Shown here one piece after another: positions 57,061 to 63,399 of a DNA stretch of 64,000 nucleotides; position 1 is the first letter of the stretch; each line of letters starts with the position of its first letter. The notes beneath the pieces were generated by a model. It was not told where the DNA came from, did no database searches, and was given only the letters and a program-made list of their open reading frames with translations. The position numbers and the translations under genes are program-made. Origin of the DNA: a virus. The stretch is taken from the IMG/VR virus record IMGVR_UViG_3300045988_083782; one strand, given 5' to 3'.

Positions 57061-57126
57061 GGACAAAGGGTGGGATTCGAACCCACCATCTCTATTTCTA
57101 GCGTATTACCACAATACTACTTTGTC
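57061..57126 (-). ncRNA. 66-nt tRNA-like mini-element lacking a normal anticodon arm
   Basis: On the (-) strand, GACAAAG pairs with CTTTGTC for a perfect 7-bp acceptor. D-arm is GTAT-TGTGGTA-ATAC. T-arm is GGTGGG-TTCGAAT-CCCACC (6 bp). Only 15 nt (GCTAGAAATAGAGAT) lie between the D- and T-arms, enough for just CTA-GAAA-TAG. Confidence 0.45.
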
Positions 57127-57440
57127 TTATTAAGTTCTAATATTTTACAGGGTCGAGAGCTTACAACAACACCTAACCAATTTATTACACGCAGGGATAT
57201 GACGTGGCTTTTTACGGCATTAGCTTAGCCGTTTGACTATTCTCAAGCACTCAGGCGAGTATAGTCAGATACGAAAGTTTTGCCAGTTATTGGCTTTATT
57301 GACCTATTCATTCTCTTCTTATCGCTGTCAAAAACCATAATGCCCCAGGTTTATACCGTTCAAAGATTTAAGAACTTGAAGCACGGTATCACACTATCAA
57401 AAACTCTAGTTCTATTTCCTTAGTAGCTTTTAATAAAGCG

Positions 57441-57553
57441 TGGAGCATGAGGGGGTCGAACCCTCGTCCAAACGACGAATCAAATGACCTAACAGTCAAT
57501 GTGAATAGGCAGTTAACCAAAACTACCTACTCTAATATAAACAAATACTCTCC
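57441..57553 (-). ncRNA. tRNA-like element, 113 nt
   Basis: T-arm is GAGGG-TTCGACC-CCCTC. Acceptor is GGAGAGT/ATGCTCC (6 of 7 pairs) with discriminator A. The interior has a 7-bp TAGGTAG-TTTTGGTTAA-CTGCCTA hairpin (D-like loop with GG) and TGAC-TGTTAG-GTCA (6-nt loop). Confidence 0.35.
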
Positions 57554-57959
57554 TTGTTACATATGTTAGTCCAAAAAATTATTAATTAGGGGCACATGTA
57601 ACTCGCACAAAGCATAGATAATATTCATTTAAGATTTTGAAAATTCTGTCTGTATACGGCGCTCAGAATCCTACTCAAGAGCAGAAGAGCTATACTCGTA
57701 AGGGTACAAAGACCACTCAGACTCAAATTGATTTTGTGCTCCTTTATCGTCATTAGACTAGTATCAGATAATCTCTTATCATACGTAGTACAAGACCATT
57801 GTATTCGATACAAAAAGCGCACATGGCAAATTTTTCTTTACTTACTCTTAGTAGATATATATCTACACATGCTGTTAATTCAGCTAATCCTAGGATAACT
57901 ATGTCTATTTTGGACTTATTGACACTGCCTGCTGATCTCGTTCAATCCAATTCAGATAA

Positions 57960-57982
57960 GTAGCCTCTACAAGAGAGGCTAC
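57960..57982 (-). terminator. Hairpin GTAGCCTCT/AGAGGCTAC downstream of gene 58011-58484
   Basis: 9-bp perfect stem with a 5-nt loop, 28 nt after the TAA. Confidence 0.6.
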
Positions 57983-58010
57983 TCGAGTATTTTAATGTAA
58001 ATAGTTAATG

Positions 58011-58484
58011 TTACCAGTATAATCCGGCAGCATTACAATAGCTTTCACCTTTCGGGTAAGCTTTGTTGAGATTACGAATCTCAGAACGTCTTTGTTCACA
58101 AAGTTCAGACGCTTCTTTCTCTTTCTGTTCACGGAATGACATCAGTTTCTTACGGTGTTCTTCCGTATCCTTGTCACCGGCAGCATACGCGCGATTTTCC
58201 TCAGTTTGCAGTTTCAGATACTTGACTTCAAGCTCACCTGTTTTTCTCTTGTAACGAGCCTCGATGGCTGTACGACTCTGTGAGTATTCATCAATAATAA
58301 GCTGACGTTTTGCTTCATCTTTAGCAAGCTGTTCACGTTCTGTAGCCATCTCCTGTTTTGCAGCTTCTACTGCATTCTTTGAAGGTGATTTGAACGAATC
58401 TGCTGCGCCGCAAAAAGTTTCAGGGTTAAATTCTTCACACAACAACACTGTTGTCATTAGACAGAAAGATAAATTTGTTTTCAT
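58011..58484 (-). CDS. Exported coiled-coil protein
   Basis: 157-aa ORF. Signal-like MKTNLSFCLMTTVLLC, then a Glu/Lys/Arg-rich helix. Preceded by the leader motif. Confidence 0.65.
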   Translation of the reverse strand: MKTNLSFCLMTTVLLCEEFNPETFCGAADSFKSPSKNAVEAAKQEMATEREQLAKDEAKRQLIIDEYSQSRTAIEARYKRKTGELEVKYLKLQTEENRAYAAGDKDTEEHRKKLMSFREQKEKEASELCEQRRSEIRNLNKAYPKGESYCNAAGLYW

Positions 58485-58510
58485 ACTTTGATAGTTTTTA
58501 ATTGTTAATA
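58485..58510 (-). promoter_or_regulatory. Recurring leader motif ATTATTAACAATTAAAAACTATCAAAGT-ATG
   Basis: Read on the (-) strand immediately upstream of the ATG at 58484. Confidence 0.5.
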
Positions 58511-58908
58511 ATATAGTTATTTAAACGAAATTCAAAAAGAAGACTACTCTACTTATTTCTAATACTTATTCGTAGATAACCCTTTTCCTTCTCCTGACCC
58601 TATTATAGGGTTGACCGTTGTATAGTCCATAGTACTCTAGCTCACGCTTGTGGCTTCCTTTAGGGGTTTGGTATATTTGTAGTCTTCGGGGGACTGGTTC
58701 ACCATTTACTAACATTTAGTTGAGTAAAAAACCTACAGTCTATCTGGCGGAAATCCTGTAGTTCAAAAATTGTAAACTGTAATCCGATCATTGATTGCAA
58801 TTCTGCAAAGCACTTCTACGGTCATACGGATCCATTTTACGGATCTTTTTAGTTGAACGTTTTCGTGCCTGAGCTTTCTGAGAAAGCTTTGAGCCTGGAT
58901 ATGAGTCC

Positions 58909-59334
58909 TTAAAGGTTTTTCCCATTTTTGTCAGTAGTAAGAATCGTTAATAATCCTTTTGCCAATTTACTGTAATAAGCACCATGTAAGTCCATACCTA
59001 TAACATGATCTCTTTTAGACATTGGTCCTGTGGCAAGTGCTTGCAGTATAGGCATCTCAATCAGATTACTGGTAACACATTCTAGAAATCTGTTTGTGAT
59101 GTCTGCACTGTGAAAATCAATCAATTCATTGACTGCTTTCAAAGCTTTGATAAACTTACTGTCTTCAATGTCTGTGCAAGCTCTTACACATTCACCTCCT
59201 GGCAGTAAATCTTCATCACTTAGTACATTAATACCAATTGTACTGACATTTAGCATTTCTGCTAATTTAGCCCCAAGCTCTGTTACTTGGTCTTCGCTAA
59301 TCCTGTTAGGAACAGCAATAATAATTAATTCCAT
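58909..59334 (-). CDS. Hypothetical protein
   Basis: The start is taken at MELIIIAVPN (59334), where the leader motif abuts the ATG. The track extension to 59394 overlaps the upstream gene. Confidence 0.6.
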   Translation of the reverse strand: MELIIIAVPNRISEDQVTELGAKLAEMLNVSTIGINVLSDEDLLPGGECVRACTDIEDSKFIKALKAVNELIDFHSADITNRFLECVTSNLIEMPILQALATGPMSKRDHVIGMDLHGAYYSKLAKGLLTILTTDKNGKNL

Positions 59335-59360
59335 TTTGATAATGTAATTTAAGTTATTTA
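59335..59360 (-). promoter_or_regulatory. Recurring leader motif ..AACTTAAATTACATTATCAAA-ATG
   Basis: Read on the (-) strand immediately upstream of the ATG at 59334. Confidence 0.45.
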
Positions 59361-59594
59361 CTTGGAAATATTCTTTCCGATTTGATGCACACAATACTCG
59401 TGTTCATGATATTTCTGATGACAACGAGTGCAGTAAATTCTCTGCTTTAACTTCTTTCCATCAACATTCTCAGGATCAAAGTCATTAATCCAAGCATGAC
59501 CATGCCTTGCACAGTATGCTTCTTTACTTTTCTGAATACTAAAATAAGATTTAATCCATTTCAGTACAGATTTTAATTTGTTTGGTTTATCCAT
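59358..59594 (-). CDS. Small Cys/His-rich (zinc-ribbon-like) protein
   Basis: 78-aa ORF containing CARHGH...CTRCHQKYHEHEYCVH. Confidence 0.55.
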   Translation of the reverse strand: MDKPNKLKSVLKWIKSYFSIQKSKEAYCARHGHAWINDFDPENVDGKKLKQRIYCTRCHQKYHEHEYCVHQIGKNISK

Positions 59595-59627
59595 TTTACA
59601 TAATATTTAAAATTTTAATGTTAATAC
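59595..59627 (-). promoter_or_regulatory. Recurring leader motif GTATTAACATTAAAATTTTAAATATTATGTAAA-ATG
   Basis: Read on the (-) strand immediately upstream of the ATG at 59594. Confidence 0.45.
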
Positions 59628-59980
59628 TAATTTGATGACGTCTACTATTCTGCACCATAGTAGAATGTTAATAAAGACAACTCTTTGTCTTGGTATTATG
59701 CAGATACCACGTTTGCTACATACACTAACTTATTAAGCATGAAATCTTGTAACTAATTAATCTTAACTCCCACTAAGCACTTTTAAAGTTATGCAGAAAT
59801 CACGTGGAAATGAAATCTTACTAACTACCTGATTTTTACGTCCGCACGATCATAAGTATAGATGTAATAACTCTTTGCACGTCACGATACATCTACGTGA
59901 ACAGTGACTGATCTGAGTTTCTAATATACTTACTTACGCCCCACAGGTTTGTCATTTTCTGATGATTTAAAGTAATTTAA

Positions 59981-60000
59981 AGAGAGATCGCTATCTCTCT
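59981..60000 (-). terminator. Hairpin AGAGAGAT/ATCTCTCT right after the stop of 60008-60409
   Basis: 8-bp stem with a CGCT loop, followed on the (-) strand by TTAAATTACTTT. Confidence 0.6.
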
Positions 60001-60007
60001 TATGAAC

Positions 60008-60409
60008 TTAGAAATTTAAGCGAATATTATCCGCAAATCTATCGTCTTGTCCAATTATCCAATCACGGATTGTGTGAAATTCTTCAACAGTAACCCACTT
60101 ATTTAATATACATGGAGCACTGCCTACAGCATCTTTAGCTTCTTCTAATCCTAAGCCAAATGCATCTCGTATTAGTTTAACAAAGACTATTCTATCACAC
60201 TTTGGTGGAATAATAAGTACTTTATACTTGACATTACTAGATGATGAATTAGAATCTTTTTTGTTCTTTGTTTTTATAAGAGTACCAATAAACTCTGATG
60301 AACCGTAACCTTCAATTTTATCTAGATTGTCTAAAGCAGTAATAAGCATATCTAATGTTATGCCTTCTTTATGCAACTGTTCAAGTGCATATCTTGTAAT
60401 TATATCCAT
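60008..60409 (-). CDS. Protein with a ribosomal protein L7/L12 C-terminal-domain-like region
   Basis: The C-terminal half reads KVLIIPPKCDRIVFVKLIRDAFGLGLEEAKDAVGSAPCILNKWVTVEEF. Compare E. coli bL12 [48 protein letters not shown] (recalled). The N-terminal 45 aa resemble the N-terminus of 62531-63148. Confidence 0.75.
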   Translation of the reverse strand: MDIITRYALEQLHKEGITLDMLITALDNLDKIEGYGSSEFIGTLIKTKNKKDSNSSSSNVKYKVLIIPPKCDRIVFVKLIRDAFGLGLEEAKDAVGSAPCILNKWVTVEEFHTIRDWIIGQDDRFADNIRLNF

Positions 60410-60433
60410 TTTGATAATGTTTAAAGTTAATAC
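60410..60433 (-). promoter_or_regulatory. Recurring leader motif GTATTAACTTTAAACATTATCAAA-ATG
   Basis: Read on the (-) strand immediately upstream of the ATG at 60409. Confidence 0.5.
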
Positions 60434-60475
60434 TGAATACAGCTATTCTCACGAACCGCTGTATATAATCTGAAC

Positions 60476-60919
60476 TTAATTCAAATGAGCCGAATCTGTT
60501 TTGTGAATTACATTTTTCTGTATTTCCGAGCCCCAGATGACATTCTTATACAAGTCTGGATTAGCTTCATACTCCTGAACAATCTGTTCAATTGTAGATT
60601 CTGTACCAATCTTCATAAGAACTGCAATTAATGCAGCTTCCGGCATAGCCATAAATACTGAGTCTTTCCTTTGCGACTCTTTTGTAAGTTTACGAGCCTC
60701 TAATACCTCCTGTACAGTTGGCATTTTAATAGTGTCTCGTTTAATGACCGGTTCAACAGTCATAACTTCGTCCTGTTCCTGATGGAACATGTTGTTGATT
60801 TTGCGATTTACTTCACCTGATTTTCCCCATTGTAGTCCTAAAAATACAATAGCTCCAATCACGATAATAATAAATGCCCACAAACCTGCCCACTTATATG
60901 GGCTTCTTTTTTCATCCAT
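60476..60919 (-). CDS. Single-pass membrane protein
   Basis: The start is taken at MDEKRSPYKWAGLWAFIIIVIGAIVFLGL (60919), abutted by the leader motif. Confidence 0.6.
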   Translation of the reverse strand: MDEKRSPYKWAGLWAFIIIVIGAIVFLGLQWGKSGEVNRKINNMFHQEQDEVMTVEPVIKRDTIKMPTVQEVLEARKLTKESQRKDSVFMAMPEAALIAVLMKIGTESTIEQIVQEYEANPDLYKNVIWGSEIQKNVIHKTDSAHLN

Positions 60920-60947
60920 CTTTGATAATGGTTTTAAATTGTTAAAC
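60920..60947 (-). promoter_or_regulatory. Recurring leader motif GTTTAACAATTTAAAACCATTATCAAAG-ATG
   Basis: Read on the (-) strand immediately upstream of the ATG at 60919. It overlaps the stop of 60942-61190. Confidence 0.5.
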
Positions 60948-61190
60948 TTTATTGAACTTATCAAGCACAATACTTGTGCTCTTTTCTTTGATCTTGATTA
61001 GATGATTTAAAGCTTTCATAGCCCTCCGAATGTACTTAATTTCTTCATCAGTAAGTTCCATGAATTCACTTTCCTTATTGTGTTGAATTAAGTTATTTAG
61101 ATTACTATATACTAATGCATATCTACCACCTATTAGGTTTCGTTTGCACTGCATCCAAGATCTTGAATTCCAAACATGCTGCTTATTCAT
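60942..61190 (-). CDS. Small hypothetical protein
   Basis: 82-aa ORF with a 4-nt overlap with the upstream gene. Confidence 0.55.
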   Translation of the reverse strand: MNKQHVWNSRSWMQCKRNLIGGRYALVYSNLNNLIQHNKESEFMELTDEEIKYIRRAMKALNHLIKIKEKSTSIVLDKFNKV

Positions 61191-61480
61191 AGGCTATCAC
61201 GATGTTCACGAAGCCAATCAGAAATATTCATCCAATACTTAAGTCCTTCTTCAGTACGACCCCAAGGAAACATTCTATTTAACCATATATATCCATTTCC
61301 ATTCCATTCTTTGTATTTACAATCATAATTCTCTGGAAAGAAAGTAGGATAATATATTAAAGAATATTCTAAGAATTTACTTAGAACCTTAAAGTGCAAC
61401 AAAGTATGTAATAGACTATACGGCATATTTACAATTAAATCATGCCTTAATTGCTGTTTTCTTTTTTTTGTTAGTTTCAT
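61187..61480 (-). CDS. Small hypothetical protein, paralog A
   Basis: 97 aa. Shares K..L.VNMPY.LLH.LL..K.L and W.N..F.W..T.EG..YW.NI with 61477-61761. Confidence 0.6.
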   Translation of the reverse strand: MKLTKKRKQQLRHDLIVNMPYSLLHTLLHFKVLSKFLEYSLIYYPTFFPENYDCKYKEWNGNGYIWLNRMFPWGRTEEGLKYWMNISDWLREHRDSL

Positions 61481-61761
61481 AAGCCTCGTTTTATTTTTAT
61501 GGCAGCTTGTTCAAAGATATTTACCCAAAATTCTCTTCCTTCAGGAGTGTATTTCCAATAGAATGCACTATTTAGCCATACTAATGGATTGTTACTACAT
61601 GTATAGTAAATGCTACTAAAAAAGTCAGCTTTAGTAGAAAGTACATTATTACAGTACAAACCTAATGCTTTGTTTTTTAGAAGTACATGTAATATTACAT
61701 ATGGCATATATACTAACAATTTGTGTTTATACTCCTTTCTGGTTAGTTCCTTTCTTTTCAC
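61477..61761 (-). CDS. Small hypothetical protein, paralog B
   Basis: 94 aa; tandem paralog of 61187-61480 with ATGA-type overlaps. Confidence 0.6.
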   Translation of the reverse strand: MKRKELTRKEYKHKLLVYMPYVILHVLLKNKALGLYCNNVLSTKADFFSSIYYTCSNNPLVWLNSAFYWKYTPEGREFWVNIFEQAAIKIKRGL

Positions 61762-62048
61762 TTGATTGTATCTCCTATGAATTTATTGAAATAAATATAG
61801 TCCTTAACAAGTATAACATAATCTACTCTTAATTCATTCTCGTGTATATACGGATTGTATAATTTCAATTTGTATGTATTATCCTTGTTTTCTTTTCCTA
61901 CTATTATACAATTCTTATAGGTATTCTTCATCTCAATATAATTATACACTTTCGGATGACGATCGTGTAAATATATAAGACCTAGAGTAATAATAAGAAT
62001 CAGTATAATTGTAGTACTAATATTATTCAGGATATAACTCCCTTTCAT
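61758..62048 (-). CDS. Small membrane protein
   Basis: 96 aa with an N-terminal TM segment ISTTIILILIITLGLIYL. Confidence 0.55.
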   Translation of the reverse strand: MKGSYILNNISTTIILILIITLGLIYLHDRHPKVYNYIEMKNTYKNCIIVGKENKDNTYKLKLYNPYIHENELRVDYVILVKDYIYFNKFIGDTIK

Positions 62049-62260
62049 AGTGGTTCTACATTTAATCCAAGATGTTGCAATTTATTAATAGCAGTCTCAC
62101 TATCAACAGTTAAAGTTATTTCTTCTCCTGCTTGTAGTTTAGACATCATAAGAGTATAACCAAAGTTAGAGATACCAGCAGTTGCATGTTGGTTAAATAC
62201 TTTGATCGGCTCGAGTCTGTTTTTACAGTCTCCAATTTTGATTTTGATAATCTTTTCCAT
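62045..62260 (-). CDS. Small hypothetical protein
   Basis: The start is taken at MEKIIKIKIGD (62260). The track extension to 62308 is AT-rich leader. Confidence 0.5.
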   Translation of the reverse strand: MEKIIKIKIGDCKNRLEPIKVFNQHATAGISNFGYTLMMSKLQAGEEITLTVDSETAINKLQHLGLNVEPL

Positions 62261-62375
62261 AATATCTGTATATTTATAATTATAAATGTTTACAAATAAA
62301 AATAGCAATACCTACTTCACAGTAGCATTTGCTATTAAGAGTTCTCCTTCTATCGAGTTAATAAAACGAATACAT

Positions 62376-62393
62376 ACAATCACGCTTGATTGT
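62376..62393 (-). terminator. Hairpin ACAATCA/TGATTGT directly after the tRNA, followed by a U-rich tract
   Basis: 7-bp stem with a 4-nt loop. The (-) strand continues ATGTATTCGTTTTATT. Confidence 0.55.
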
Positions 62394-62395
62394 AG

Positions 62396-62477
62396 TGCTA
62401 GTTCAAGGATTCGAACCTCGATGGATTCCTCCACATTCTCAATGAGAATGCGCGTCTACCAATTCCGCCAAACTAGC
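62396..62477 (-). tRNA. Type II (tRNA-Leu-like) tRNA with a non-canonical anticodon loop UCAUUGA
   Basis: On the (-) strand, parsed by arm. Acceptor and linker: GCTAGTT-TG. D-arm: GCGGAATTGGTAGACGC-G. Anticodon arm: CATTC-TCATTGA-GAATG. Variable arm: TGGAGGAATCCAT. T-arm: CGAGG-TTCGAAT-CCTTG. 3' acceptor and discriminator: AACTAGC-A. The D-arm matches bacterial tRNA-Leu. Position 33 is C, and the 'anticodon' would be AUU. The arm can zip into a 7-bp helix with an AUU triloop. Confidence 0.7.
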
Positions 62478-62481
62478 ATAT

Positions 62482-62507
62482 GCTACTGCTATAAAAATAA
62501 CAGTAGC
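62482..62507 (-). terminator. Hairpin GCTACTG/CAGTAGC between gene 62531-63148 and the tRNA
   Basis: 7-bp stem with a 12-nt loop. Confidence 0.4.
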
Positions 62508-62530
62508 TAAATTAATTTTTTTGTCTTGAC

Positions 62531-63148
62531 TTACTTTTCAAACCACTCTTTAGCAGCATGATCTATACTGTAATATTTGTCCAGTGTATATATAATCATA
62601 CAGTCATCCCAAAATTTACTAGGAACTTTGGATATTATCTTAGCAAAGATAGTCTCGCAGTCTTTTAATGTAAATAGACGGTTAATATTTTTTCCACGTA
62701 TATTAACATTGATACTTTGCATAAAAAGATTTGAGAATCTACAGGTATTCTGCATAATATTATATATATCCGCTTCAGTAATACCTGTCCATATAGGTAA
62801 ACGGATGTATAGATGGTATTTTCCCATACTACTTGAATTCTTTATGTAACGATAAGCTGTATTAGTAATATAATTTTCCAAATCAGCCTCTGTTTTAGCT
62901 GCTAGCTTTGACATAAATTCATATGCCTTTGTTCTGCCAGAGTTGTAAGTATTAGAGTCAAGTACAGTTTGTTGATGTAACTCTTCTTCATATATTACAC
63001 CATCTAACAATATCTCTATAGCCTGCTCAGGTGTCAAGATATTGTCTCTCGTCTGATTCTCGATCGCTTTAACCAGACTCTTAATGTGTTCCTTTGAAAT
63101 ACCTTGTTCTATAAGGCAATTCAATGCGTAATTTGTTATTCGTTTCAT
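62531..63148 (-). CDS. Hypothetical protein sharing an N-terminal domain with the L12-like protein
   Basis: 205 aa. MKRITNYALNCLIEQGISKEHIKSLVKAIE resembles MDIITRYALEQLHKEGITLDMLITALDNLD of 60008-60409. Confidence 0.65.
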   Translation of the reverse strand: MKRITNYALNCLIEQGISKEHIKSLVKAIENQTRDNILTPEQAIEILLDGVIYEEELHQQTVLDSNTYNSGRTKAYEFMSKLAAKTEADLENYITNTAYRYIKNSSSMGKYHLYIRLPIWTGITEADIYNIMQNTCRFSNLFMQSINVNIRGKNINRLFTLKDCETIFAKIISKVPSKFWDDCMIIYTLDKYYSIDHAAKEWFEK

Positions 63149-63169
63149 ATTTTGATAATATTAAATTAT
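63149..63169 (-). promoter_or_regulatory. Recurring leader motif ATAATTTAATATTATCAAAAT-ATG
   Basis: Read on the (-) strand immediately upstream of the ATG at 63148. Confidence 0.45.
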
Positions 63170-63180
63170 AGGCTTTCGCC

Positions 63181-63399
63181 TTACCTAAAGATAGCTTCAA
63201 ATATACATTTGATTAGAGCGTATACTCCTAATAAAAAAGGAGCAGCACAAATAATTACTGCAAAGGTTTCCCATAGAAGCTCTAATATCTCTTCTAGGAT
63301 AGACTGTTTGTTGTCTTTGTTCTCTTCCATATCACTTTGAATTAAATTGTATTTTACATCTAAAACCTGAACACAAATACACGAGTTTTCATATATCAT
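63181..63399 (-). CDS. Small membrane protein
   Basis: 72 aa with a C-terminal TM segment FAVIICAAPFLLGVYALI. Confidence 0.5.
   Translation of the reverse strand: MIYENSCICVQVLDVKYNLIQSDMEENKDNKQSILEEILELLWETFAVIICAAPFLLGVYALIKCIFEAIFR

Noticed and set aside
57625-57822. 65-aa (-) ORF in the long spacer after the tRNA-like elements
   Set aside because: It has no leader motif, its composition resembles the surrounding non-coding DNA, and it is isolated by more than 180 nt on both sides.
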